This document shows positions 1 to 9,900 of a stretch of DNA of 55,227 nucleotides, in pieces; positions within the stretch are counted from its first letter, which is position 1; every line of letters starts with the position of its first letter. The position numbers were made by a program, and so were the translations under genes. The DNA comes from a virus (taxonomy: Duplodnaviria; Caudoviricetes), in the IMG/VR virus record IMGVR_UViG_3300032282_000541, positions 1 to 55,227 of that record; one strand, written 5' to 3'. Below the pieces are notes generated by a model. It saw only the letters and a program-made list of their open reading frames with translations, ran no database searches and was not told the DNA's origin.

Positions 1-36
1 AGTTGTGATGACAGCGGCAACAATGTTGGTTGTCAG
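1..36. repeat. Terminal direct repeat (circular assembly overlap), identical to 55192..55227
   Basis: agttgtgatgacagcggcaacaatgttggttgtcag occurs at both ends, and a reading frame is continuous across the join. Confidence 0.97.
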
Positions 37-414
37 CTTTGCTTGTGGTACAGCGTCCCAAACATAGACGCGACCCAGTGGGCCAACACCTACGCTCATT
101 ACGGATGGGTTTTGCAACAAAGCATTACCAGAACCAATGATGGTGGCGCTTGCTACAGTTTGTGAGGCGCTTACGGTGTAAGTTCCTACACCACCTGCAC
201 CCGTACCAAAAGCAGTAATGTAGGTTCCATTGGTGAGTGACGTTGAACTGTCAATGAACATACCCACAGTAATTGGGTCACCAGAAAGCATGGCGGTGAC
301 GGTCAACGTGGTTGTAGCAATTGAACCAGTAAAAGTTGAAACAGCAGGGTAGGTATCCGCACCTTGATAGGTAATAGCGGAACCCAAAAATAGGTCGTCT
401 GAAAATTGAGGCAT
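1..414 (-). CDS. 5' part of a 325-aa virion structural protein spanning the origin (continues at 55191..54628)
   Basis: ATG at 414 after an AAGGAG RBS; [16 protein letters not shown]...; 414+564 nt = 326 codons in frame with 54628..55122; Thr/Gly/Ala-rich; directly follows the capsid gene. Confidence 0.85.
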   Translation of the reverse strand, partial: MPQFSDDLFLGSAITYQGADTYPAVSTFTGSIATTTLTVTAMLSGDPITVGMFIDSSTSLTNGTYITAFGTGAGGVGTYTVSASQTVASATIIGSGNALLQNPSVMSVGVGPLGRVYVWDAVPQAKLTTNIVAAVITT

Positions 415-445
415 TGATCTTCTCCTTGAAAAGCTTGATCAGATT

Positions 446-480
446 AAAAAATGGGGCTGGGTTTTATACCAGCCCCGTTT
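446..480 (-). terminator. Rho-independent terminator after the capsid gene
   Basis: GGGGCTGG/CCAGCCCC stem followed by a T-run on the minus strand. Confidence 0.8.
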
Positions 481-483
481 GCT

Positions 484-1398
484 TTAGATACCGGGGGTAC
501 CAAAAGCACAGCGTGGATCGGTGAAGCCGAGGTCATAACGCTCGGTCGCCTTGTAACGCATTGAGTCAGTCTCGAAGTCACCTTCCATGGTTTTCTCCAA
601 ACGACGACGCATCAAGAGCTTGAAGCCCTCTGGAGCATCTGTTTGGATGAAGAACGCAGTGGCAGAAGTCAAACGAGAGATAACTGCGGCACCTTCGTCC
701 AGCAAGCCAATTGACTTGACGGGGTTGATGTCGTTGTTTGCATTACCTGCACGCAAAACAGATTTCAACAAAACTTCAGCTTGGAAGATGTTGCCCGGAG
801 CCACGATCAATTGACGTGGTACCAAACGAATCTTCTTGCCGTTGTTGTCCACTGACTGACGAACTTGAATCAACATCTGTTCGAGAGATGTCTGTGACAA
901 GTTGGCCGCAGTAGCCAATTGGTTGCTGAAGGTGCCATTCACGATGGGGTGAGCGGTGTTGATCAAAGACACACCGTCGCCACCGGGGTAGGCGCTGTTA
1001 AACGCAACGTTCAGCACGTTAGCGGCCAACAATTCTTTGGTTTCCACCAGAGATTGAGCCAAATGGCGTGCATACACTTGACCGATACGGATGTGGTCGC
1101 CGTCTTCCACCAAGACTTTAGTCAGGGCAAAAGCCAGACCGTACACTTTGTACAGGTAGCGTTTTAAGAAGAGGACACCACCTTGTTGGTAGGTCACTGG
1201 AGTGCCGTCAGGTAACTGAGGGGCGGCTCCGAAACCGTACAGGACGGGCTCTTCGTGGTAGTTACGGGGGATACCGTCTTCTTCGCGGAACACACGGCTC
1301 CACTCGTCGGCACGTTGGTCATAGACTCCGTCAAAGCACTCATTCAGAATGGGTTCGACAATTGAACGGAAGTCCGTACTTCGCATTGGTGCGGCCAT
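484..1398 (-). CDS. Major capsid protein (HK97 fold)
   Basis: 304 aa; PRQLIVAP and C-terminal YKATERYDLGFTDPR resemble capsid proteins; last gene of the head operon, followed by a terminator. Confidence 0.88.
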   Translation of the reverse strand: MAAPMRSTDFRSIVEPILNECFDGVYDQRADEWSRVFREEDGIPRNYHEEPVLYGFGAAPQLPDGTPVTYQQGGVLFLKRYLYKVYGLAFALTKVLVEDGDHIRIGQVYARHLAQSLVETKELLAANVLNVAFNSAYPGGDGVSLINTAHPIVNGTFSNQLATAANLSQTSLEQMLIQVRQSVDNNGKKIRLVPRQLIVAPGNIFQAEVLLKSVLRAGNANNDINPVKSIGLLDEGAAVISRLTSATAFFIQTDAPEGFKLLMRRRLEKTMEGDFETDSMRYKATERYDLGFTDPRCAFGTPGI

Positions 1399-1416
1399 TT
1401 TTTACTCCTTGGCTAG

Positions 1417-2013
1417 TTAAGCAATTGCGGTGACAGCACCGAAGAATTGCGAGTTGGCACATACGACACGCACAATAGTGTATGCATCGCCCCAGTCATT
1501 GCCCGGATAAGGAGCAATGTCAACCACACGCATTTGGCCTTGTGAACCATTACCGACGGCAGTTGCAGAGCCCAAAGTGGCTTGCGACAAACCTGTGGTA
1601 GTAGAACCAGCGGTCACGTTTGTGAAGTTGAACTCATTACCAATGGTAGTTTGAGCCATTGAGCCATCAGCTTGGATTTCATAAACGATGTTTTGGTCGT
1701 TGTAGAAATAAGCAACGCAAGTTCCTGCGGTGTACGCAGTATTTGCAGGCCAGTAGTTGGACACACGGGCGCGGCCAGTAGTGTCAGTCCATTGCACACC
1801 AGAGAAAGCACCAACCCAAGCACCTGAAGTGGTGGCAGGGAGAATGGTACCGATGGTGCCGCCAATGGCGGTTGTTTGATAGCGAACAGGCTGACCTTTG
1901 AGAATGTCAGTGTTGTATCCAGAGGGAATGCCGCCAGCTAACGCCTGAGCACGATCCAAACCTGAGGGATGGAACGCAGGGCGCAAGCCAAACGGAGCAG
2001 AGGTTGCACTCAT
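1417..2013 (-). CDS. Head structural/decoration protein
   Basis: N-terminal APFGLRP; Gly/Thr-rich; immediately upstream of the capsid gene. Confidence 0.65.
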   Translation of the reverse strand: MSATSAPFGLRPAFHPSGLDRAQALAGGIPSGYNTDILKGQPVRYQTTAIGGTIGTILPATTSGAWVGAFSGVQWTDTTGRARVSNYWPANTAYTAGTCVAYFYNDQNIVYEIQADGSMAQTTIGNEFNFTNVTAGSTTTGLSQATLGSATAVGNGSQGQMRVVDIAPYPGNDWGDAYTIVRVVCANSQFFGAVTAIA

Positions 2014-2026
2014 AAATTACTCCTTG

Positions 2027-2569
2027 TTAGCCCGAAAATACGGGCATTTTGTTGGGTTGCTGTTCAATAGAGCCAAAACCTTCACCTTCGACCATAAGCA
2101 AAGAACGGCCATTGCTGTCGCGCCCTTGGAGACTTTCCTGTTGAATCTTGATCTTTTCTGCTTCTTCACGAGGTTTATCGTGATGCATATGAGTCATGAC
2201 CTCTTGGTAAATGTCCATTGGCAACTTAAACAAAAGCATCTCGTTGCATGAGATATGTCCAACATGCTCACCCGACTTCACTCGATGTTCTTCATAGCCC
2301 GGGAACTCATCCGCTTTCACGGGAACGTATCCAAGGCGCATCCGTTTATCGATGCTGTCGTAGCTGTTGGTTGTCGAAAGCCAGCATAAATGCCACCCGT
2401 CAATTTCGGGTAGTTTTGGCAATGCTGATTGCGTCCATTCCTCGCTCCACATACGTGTACGTTCCTGCGTCGAAATGAACTTATCTTCAGGTGCTTTGCG
2501 GCTTGCGTCCTCGCTTGCGCGATCATTGCGGCCACCAGCATTGAGAGATTTTTTGAGACGTGATTCCAT
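2027..2569 (-). CDS. Conserved head-operon protein
   Basis: 180 aa with RBS; G-W-H-L-C-W ... GY.PV motif; lies between scaffold and decoration genes. Confidence 0.6.
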   Translation of the reverse strand: MESRLKKSLNAGGRNDRASEDASRKAPEDKFISTQERTRMWSEEWTQSALPKLPEIDGWHLCWLSTTNSYDSIDKRMRLGYVPVKADEFPGYEEHRVKSGEHVGHISCNEMLLFKLPMDIYQEVMTHMHHDKPREEAEKIKIQQESLQGRDSNGRSLLMVEGEGFGSIEQQPNKMPVFSG

Positions 2570-2586
2570 GATGTATTCCCCTTAGA

Positions 2587-3582
2587 TTAGTTGCGACGAC
2601 CGTTGTTACGGTCATAAGAAATGAACTCAGCGATCATGCGCTTCTTGCGCTCAGGGTTGTCCCAAGCACCAGCTTCTTTCATTGCCTTGACTCGGTCAGG
2701 CGATAAAACAAACTGGTTGCGATTGGTACCACCATAAGCGGCTGACGCTTCTCGTCCTGCACTTCCCACAACATTCCTTGGTCTTCTGACATCACGGGAC
2801 TCGTTGTCATTGGAATCATTGTAGCGGTGTGGTAACTCTCTTTGCAAACGGCTGTCAAGCTCGTCCCAATAGTCGGGGTCGGTAGCGTTCCAACCCTGAG
2901 CCGCCATCAATTCGTCAGTCTTCTTGGCAATCCTGCTATCAGGGTCTGAAGCCGCCGGGTTGTACCACTTGTTGCGGCGCATCCACTGCTGGGCAAGCCT
3001 TTGAACCTCTGGATCGTGGTCATTGGCATCGTTTTGCTGAGGACGACGCAATTCTTGGTCAGCCTGATGGCGCATGGCCGTCAATTGGCGAGCCTCTTCT
3101 TGAGCAGTCTGCCAAAGAGTTTGAGCCTCCACCATGGCTTGGCCGTCGCCGTTCTGTGTGGCCTCTGCCAGCTTCATTTTGGCGTACTCAAGGCGCACCT
3201 GAGCGTCCTCAATACCCTTGTCGATGCGTGTAATGTGCTCGGACTTGGTATTTCGCTCCAATTGGCCTAAACGTCGCTTGAATTCCTCGTTTTCACGTTG
3301 GAGTTGGGTCAAGCGAGCGTCTTTTTCCTGATTTGTCTTGCGAATCAGGTCTTTTTTAGCCCGGCGACGGTTGCGTTTGGCCGCACGAAGCTCATCGTCG
3401 TCGTCTGGATGGTCTTCATCTTCAGCACTGACGTTGCCACCGTCTGCTTTTGCGTTTGAGCGGTCGTCATCACCACCTTCTTCGCCAGCATTCATTAGGC
3501 TACTGGGTAAATCGACCGTTGCAGAGCCGTCTTGCGACTCAATCACTGCAATGTCTTCATCTTTTCCTTTGGGATCAGCCAT
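2587..3582 (-). CDS. Putative capsid scaffolding protein
   Basis: Acidic N-terminus, long coiled coil, basic C-terminus; position between portal and capsid genes. Confidence 0.7.
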   Translation of the reverse strand: MADPKGKDEDIAVIESQDGSATVDLPSSLMNAGEEGGDDDRSNAKADGGNVSAEDEDHPDDDDELRAAKRNRRRAKKDLIRKTNQEKDARLTQLQRENEEFKRRLGQLERNTKSEHITRIDKGIEDAQVRLEYAKMKLAEATQNGDGQAMVEAQTLWQTAQEEARQLTAMRHQADQELRRPQQNDANDHDPEVQRLAQQWMRRNKWYNPAASDPDSRIAKKTDELMAAQGWNATDPDYWDELDSRLQRELPHRYNDSNDNESRDVRRPRNVVGSAGREASAAYGGTNRNQFVLSPDRVKAMKEAGAWDNPERKKRMIAEFISYDRNNGRRN

Positions 3583-3594
3583 TTTTGACTCCTG

Positions 3595-4050
3595 TTAGAC
3601 GTAGGCTTTGAAAGAAAGGGGATTGCTTGTGACTTTGGCGATCACTTCGTGGTCGTTGATGGTCATAAACAGTACGGGGTCTTCGCTTGCATCAGTCGCC
3701 GGGTCTTTCATTTCCCAGCGGTCACCGCCCCAACGAGGTACGCGAACAAAGTCACCAACTTCTGCCCATGAGCCCTCAGGCCATGACTGCATGGTGTCTC
3801 GGTTTTTGTACGCCAAAGGCCCAAGTGCCACGACCTTTCCGATCATGTTGTTCCACTTTTCGTTTTCTTTGGTTTCATCGACGATGATGATCATCCCCGC
3901 CTTCTTCTTGATCCGTCGGAGTTGCACGATCATGCGCCCACCCAACGGTTCCATACCCGGATTCACACCCGGGAATGCCCACGCCAACTCTTGCGGGTCG
4001 GGCGTGTCCTGCGTCGCTTCAAAAGTCACGACTTGTTTTCCTTCACTCAT
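3595..4050 (-). CDS. groES: GroES-like co-chaperonin
   Basis: PLGGRMIVQ, GMIII, GKVVALGPLAY, VGDFV, INDHEVIA match the Cpn10 pattern. Confidence 0.85.
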   Translation of the reverse strand: MSEGKQVVTFEATQDTPDPQELAWAFPGVNPGMEPLGGRMIVQLRRIKKKAGMIIIVDETKENEKWNNMIGKVVALGPLAYKNRDTMQSWPEGSWAEVGDFVRVPRWGGDRWEMKDPATDASEDPVLFMTINDHEVIAKVTSNPLSFKAYV

Positions 4051-4125
4051 CTTCTCTCCTTAACACCATATTTCAGGTGCATCGTTATGCACTTTTCAGC
4101 GCGGTCTCGCCACGGAGTGTGGCTA

Positions 4126-4305
4126 TCAATCTCTGTTTTTTTCTTCGTCCAGCATGTCGTCGATCATTGTCATGGTCAATTGCAGACCCTGATGCTCGCC
4201 GACCATTCGCTGGTAGCCGTCCCAAGTTGAAGGCACCCCGTGAGCGAGGGCCATTTGCAACTCAGCTTGGCGAATTTTGATCCTGTGGATCAGTTGTTCA
4301 AGCAT
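4126..4305 (-). CDS. Small hypothetical head-operon protein
   Basis: MLEQLIHRIK...YQRMVGEHQGL; the start at 4305 overlaps the upstream stop. Confidence 0.65.
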   Translation of the reverse strand: MLEQLIHRIKIRQAELQMALAHGVPSTWDGYQRMVGEHQGLQLTMTMIDDMLDEEKNRD

Positions 4306-4462
4306 TGGACTTCTTGGCACCAGACAAACCGCCAGTGCGCTTGGCAGGCTGGCTATTGGTTCCCTTGCCTTGCATGCTTTGGCCGTTCAGCTTCTCGCCC
4401 ATAGCCATGCGTTTGTGCTGGGGCACATTGACGCTCTTTTGTTCTTGATCAGATGTTGCCAT
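4298..4462 (-). CDS. 54-aa hypothetical protein (not in ORF track)
   Basis: AAGGAG RBS, then MATSDQEQKSVNVPQHKRMAMGE...KSNA*; fills the gap after the portal gene. Confidence 0.6.
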   Translation of the reverse strand: MATSDQEQKSVNVPQHKRMAMGEKLNGQSMQGKGTNSQPAKRTGGLSGAKKSNA

Positions 4463-6902
4463 TAGGTTCTCCTTGAGGTGGCGTTGTGGGCTCGGCGGGT
4501 GCCGCGCTTATTTGAGCCTGAGCCACGTTTTGAATGGTCTCGTGCGTCAATTTGGAATTCTCAATGGCAATCTTGGTTTGATTGTCTTGAGTGTGCTTCG
4601 CCATGTCTTCCTGCATTTTCTGTGTGTCCAGTTGCAGGCGAGCTTGGTCATATTGCGTCTTGCGTTGGGTCTCAGCCATGCTGGTGTCCTTGACCACTTG
4701 TGCGTCAGGCGGCAAAGGCTGGGGTGAGTTCTTGCGCTGTTGAGCCATTTGAATAAGCTGTTGCAGAGCCTGTTGGAATTGGCCGAACACTTGCTGGGTA
4801 TCCAGCATGACGTGGGCACCAACGGTCGTGTACACCTTGTCAATGGTGGCTGTGAGATTTGGATCGTCGTAGTCGTCTATAGGCTTGCCAACGGCATTCT
4901 CAACATATCCATTTGAGCGGTTGAGATACCACAAGGTCATGTGTTGCTTCAGGTGCTCAATCAGGTTGTTCAGGTAGTTCGGGTCAGCAAATGGCGACTG
5001 TCCCAAGAATGGGTTCAAAGCAAATTGCAGGTGATCCTGAATGTGGGCAATGTGATCCTGTTGCAGGTACGCATAGGCTGGCTGGCCGATGAGCAGTGCG
5101 GCATTCTCGTCTGCCGAGGTGCGTTGTTCTGGTGATGGCACGTCTTTCATCAATTCGTTGATGTTGGGAACCTTCATCTGCTTAAGCATGCGAGCCAAGA
5201 CTTTGCTCATGTTGAACTGATCAGGGTGCTTCTCAGCCAAAGCCAATACGGCTTGGTTTTGAGCCATGCGCTGGGTCTCACTGAAGATGTGAGGATCAGA
5301 CACTGGCACCACGTCGGTGTTCTTGTCAAAGTCTTCGCGGGTGACTTCCAAGTCGGCAACCACGTCGCCCATTTGCATCTCATCAAAGTGCCAGCGGTTC
5401 AAGCGGCACAGAATCTTCAGCACACGGGCTTGGCTGTCGTGCATGCGTGCATGGATTGATGAGAACACCGCCGCACCTTGCTCAATCAGGGCTTGTGTGG
5501 TGCCTACAGGGGCGTTGGCGTTCACGTCAGCAATCTTCTCTTCGCTGGTTGTGACTACGCCTTTGGCGGCTTTATCCAGCCATCCCAGCAACTCCAACAG
5601 CACAGGGCTTGGTGGATTGAATGGCATGGGCATGGCAATCTGGCGAATGTCCTGCACGCCGGGTGCGCCTTCGATCTCCACGATCTGGGTGACATCAACC
5701 TGCTGGCTTTGGCCGCTGATCTTTGCGCCCTTCAACTTCAGCATGGTTGCTGTGTTGTTGATGTGTGCGGTATCCAACAAAGCACGCAAAGCGCCCGTCA
5801 GAGCGGCGCTGAGGCCACCAATCAAGTGGGGCAGGCCAATGGCATAGGCACCACGCCATGGGATGAACTTGAACTCCACAACCCAGTCCAGCTTGGTCAT
5901 GGTTTCGTCCTGCTCTTCCCAGTTGCGGTACAGGCCAACTACCTGAAGATCGATCTCGTCAACCATCAGGATGTAGGGGGCTGTTTCTCCCTTGGTCTTC
6001 TTATCGTCTTCCAACTCCAAGTAGCAGTAGATGTGATAGACCTTGCGAAGACCGTCTTGGTTGTCTTCAAACTTCTTGCCTTCAACTTTGTTGTTGGCCT
6101 GCTCGACTTTGTTTTGCTCAAGGGTTTGGCTGGCTTTGACGTAGCTGACATCGCGGTACATCCCGGTGCGGATGCGGCGCTCAAACTCATATGTGGTGAT
6201 CTCGTGGACTTCAGCCGCACGCTGGGCGGTGTAGAAGTTGGTGGCCGCAAATGGCAGGATCACACGGTCGATAGGCAGGAACTCCACGCATGGGCGCTTC
6301 TTTTGCTCGTCAAACCACAGCTTGAAATATTGTGAGCCGCCCAGTGGCAACTGAGTCAGCAATTGCTCTTGCTCGTCTTTGAACTCTTCGATCTGCTCAG
6401 TGATCTGCCAGTTCAGGTAGTCGCGCTTGCGCTCTGACTTGGCAGATTTCATGTCGTCCATCTTGCCCAGCACCTTGGTCTTGACAGGGCCATCAGGTGG
6501 AAACATCTCTTTGATAGCGCGGGATGCAAAGTCAACACAGCCCTCGGCCATTGCCGGGTGGACTACTTTGCTGGCACCCATGAAGGTGGCACCACCAGGG
6601 GCATCGTTGCCCATACCAGTGCGTCGAATACCCTCTTCGTATTGCTTGTCGCGCAGTGACCGGGCTTCCTTGTCGGTCTCCAGCAAATCAAGGTAGCGCA
6701 TAGCCAGCGAAGACAGCGTCCCGGGGTCAATGCTGTCGGCCAAGTTGTCGTAGAACTCAGGGTTGAACTCAGGCCCGTCGTTCTCCATGGTGATGATGGC
6801 TGAACCGTCTTCCTGCTCTTCCGTGTCCATATCGGGCAAGTCAACGACAGCACTGCCGTCTTCTTGCTCCTCGATTGGGTAGTCGTCTTGTTCTGCCATC
6901 AT
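4449..6902 (-). CDS. Portal protein (podovirus type)
   Basis: 817 aa, largely helical; HPAMAEGCVDF, LPLGGSQYFK, PVGTTQALIEQG motifs; Q-rich coiled C-terminus; upstream of the head genes. Confidence 0.85.
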   Translation of the reverse strand: MMAEQDDYPIEEQEDGSAVVDLPDMDTEEQEDGSAIITMENDGPEFNPEFYDNLADSIDPGTLSSLAMRYLDLLETDKEARSLRDKQYEEGIRRTGMGNDAPGGATFMGASKVVHPAMAEGCVDFASRAIKEMFPPDGPVKTKVLGKMDDMKSAKSERKRDYLNWQITEQIEEFKDEQEQLLTQLPLGGSQYFKLWFDEQKKRPCVEFLPIDRVILPFAATNFYTAQRAAEVHEITTYEFERRIRTGMYRDVSYVKASQTLEQNKVEQANNKVEGKKFEDNQDGLRKVYHIYCYLELEDDKKTKGETAPYILMVDEIDLQVVGLYRNWEEQDETMTKLDWVVEFKFIPWRGAYAIGLPHLIGGLSAALTGALRALLDTAHINNTATMLKLKGAKISGQSQQVDVTQIVEIEGAPGVQDIRQIAMPMPFNPPSPVLLELLGWLDKAAKGVVTTSEEKIADVNANAPVGTTQALIEQGAAVFSSIHARMHDSQARVLKILCRLNRWHFDEMQMGDVVADLEVTREDFDKNTDVVPVSDPHIFSETQRMAQNQAVLALAEKHPDQFNMSKVLARMLKQMKVPNINELMKDVPSPEQRTSADENAALLIGQPAYAYLQQDHIAHIQDHLQFALNPFLGQSPFADPNYLNNLIEHLKQHMTLWYLNRSNGYVENAVGKPIDDYDDPNLTATIDKVYTTVGAHVMLDTQQVFGQFQQALQQLIQMAQQRKNSPQPLPPDAQVVKDTSMAETQRKTQYDQARLQLDTQKMQEDMAKHTQDNQTKIAIENSKLTHETIQNVAQAQISAAPAEPTTPPQGEPNGNI

Positions 6903-9900
6903 TTAGCCTTTTTCTTCAAGATCATTTCAAGTTGCATTGTCCCAGTATTTTTATGGACGGCAACTGGCATTTTGAAGCGAGTGTGTTTGGTCTCATCTTC
7001 ACCGTGACGCATAGCCAAGTGGCGTTGGGCCGCGACGTTCTGCTCAGGGAATGCGTGGAAGTCGTCGTCGCTATAACCGGGGTGACGGCCACCAACTGCG
7101 CCACCTTCAGCATAGAACTTGATGGACTGAGGTGCGCGGTACTCTTTGCCTGCCGCCTTCAGTTGATCTTCTGGCTTGTCGATCTCGTACTCGCCTTTGT
7201 TTGCGATTGCGTGCTCGATGTGCTTGTCGCTCACGTTGTGGGTGAACGATGTCTGGTGCCCAATGTTGCTGGTGGACTCGGTTGGCGTAGTCATCAGGAT
7301 GTGACCAGCCTTCTTACCGTTCTTGGTCATGAACCGCTTCTCAGGTAAGAACTCCTCGTCCTTGAACCGTGAGTCGGTGGGGATCATGTGATCCACGGTT
7401 TCCATTTGTCCAGTCTTCTTGTTTTTCTTGCGCTCAGGTACGTTCACCAGACGTGGGTGCAGGATGTGTTGCTTCTGGTAGTCAAAGCGTTTGCCGCCAA
7501 CAGTGGTGTGGCCGTAGTGAGCCTGTTCTGGTTTGGTGGGCTTGCCGTCGCCGCCAAAGTGACCTTCTGGGCCTTCTTTCTTTTCTTCAGGTGTCAACTC
7601 ATGGTCTTCGCGGCCAGTCGTCCAATACTTGGCGTGAGTGATGTGCTCTTCCATTTTCTTGGACATAGGTGAGCCGCGCTTCACGTCAGTCACCATGTAA
7701 GAGCCCTTGGGCGGTGTCTTGTTGCCCTGCTCATTTGTGAAGTCACCCTTGTTGTCAGCGGCCATGATGGTGTTGCGTACACGAGCCTTGTCACGGCCAA
7801 TGTTTTCAGCAATGGACTCACCCTTCTTGACCTTGGGGCCGACGTTGGAGTGGGTGACGTAGTAGCCGTTCTCTGGATCATGCAACTCGTTGGTCTTGCC
7901 GTAAGAGTTGGCAATGATTGGCGGCTTCTTGTCGGCTTTGCGCTGGTCATTCAAGTGACGGATAACGTGGCGTGAGGTCACGTCGGTCTCGTCCACCACG
8001 TTGGGACGGAACAACAAACGCTTGTTGTTCTTGTCTGCCAGTCGTGCGGCATTACGTAATGAGCCAGTGTGAGCCAGTATCCAGTCATTGGTCATGGCTG
8101 GGTCGTGCTTGGCCTGCTCATGAGCGGCTCGGCGTACTGCGGCACCAGCGTACTGGGACTCAGCATTCGGCGCAAAGCAGGTGCCCTTCTTGGTGTCCAC
8201 AATGCCATTTGCATCTTTACCACCGCCACAGCCTTCGGTCTGACCGGGGCAGGTGTTGATGACGTTGTACTTGGTGTCCTTGCCGTGGCCTGTGGTGTAC
8301 AGAGCATGACCTGCCACGCCTTTAGAGGCAAATCCAATGTGAGTGCGGCCTTGTGCGTCTTCCTCATGGCGCACGGTGTCCAGCTTCTCTGACTCATCCA
8401 ACGTGTTGGCTGTCTTGCCAATGTGCTTGGCTTCACGCAGGCGATTCAGTGCGGCCTCTTCTGCCTCGTGTTGTTCTTCAGGCGACTTTGCAAAGTGGTC
8501 GGCCAATGTTTTCTTGTGCATTGAGGCCATCTTGCTGAGGGTCAGCGGGTCGCGGTGGTCGTCGCCATAGACCTTTGCCCGGGCTTCGTTCATCTCATGC
8601 ATGCCGACAGCGCCAGCTTTTTTATTGCCTTCCAGTGTGTGGCGGGGCACGACGATACCCTTCACGCCGCCAGAGCCTTCAGCATTGATGGTCACACGTT
8701 TGCCAGTATCAGTAGGTGCCTTTGCGGCCATCTCAGACTTCATCTCCTCCACGGACTTAGCAGAACCGCCCTTAGCCATGGCCTGTGGGGGTTTCATGGC
8801 ACCCAGCGCCTGACCTTGCGGTGTCATCTGAAGCATGTTGCCCATGGGCGGTGTTGCTCCTTGTGGAGCCATGTCAGGCATACCGCCGGGAGGAGGGGGC
8901 TGGCCGGGTAATCCACCCTGTTGTTCAGGCTGGGGAGGTGGTGTCATAGGCTGAGGCATCAACTGCTGGCCGGGTTGCTGTTGGCTGGTGTCTACACCAC
9001 CGACAGGCATACCGCTGGTGGTTGCCACACCACCGGGAGTAGGCATGCCGCCGTACTCTTGATCTGGTGGGAAGAATGTCTTGGGGAACATGCCGGGGGC
9101 TTCGTTCACGCCGATGTTCTTCAGGTTGATGGGGTTAGCCTTCTTGGCAATCTCCATCTTCATTTGGGTCAGTGATGGTTGCACGTTGCCTCCTTCGGCT
9201 TTATGAATGATGCCACCCTGTGCATACAGGGGAAGGCCATTGGTTAATACGTCTTTACGCATGTCTTCTGTGATGGGGAAGTGGTGCAACCGCTTATCAG
9301 CCGTTTCAGCAATTTTTTGATTTTGCTCTGGCGTTAGTTGCGCCATGGGGATGTGAGCGATGCCTAATTTTTCCACGGCATTGCCATAGTCTTCTGGCGA
9401 ACCCTGCAAGCGATGACCACCCAACTGAGTCTTCACACCATACTTCTTGCCAATGCTGTTCAGGATGTTGGGAACCTTAGTGTCGTAGAAAGCTTTCATG
9501 CCCTTGCCGCCAACATGAATGTCCTCACCTTCAAGCTGGTGAGTACCCAATACTTGCGGGGCTTTCAGCAGGCGGTCTGCAACCTCCTTGCCAATGTGGC
9601 TGGGCAAGTCTTCCTTCTTAATGCCAGCTTCGTTCATTACCTCACGGCGATCATGACCGTATGCCTTTAGGCGCTCTTCCTCTGGGTGATAGCCAAGGTA
9701 GCCAATGTGGTTGCCGATGTTGTATCGCTTGGCTTGCTCCACGCCGGGAGTCACCACGACACCGTGGTAGCCCTTCTCTGCGGCATGGTGGATCAGACGC
9801 TTGAGCGCCATCTCTTCCCAGTTCTTTTTGAATGGGGCATCGGGTATGCCAGTGTCAACAGTGAAGGGTTCTGACTCTGTGACTGTTCCGTTGTGGTTCT

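Noticed and set aside
5478-6335. Long plus-strand ORFs opposite late genes (also 13208..13816, 25688..26290, 37682..38293, 38822..39490, 53157..53822)
   Set aside because: Shadow frames of well-supported minus-strand genes with no recognisable motifs.
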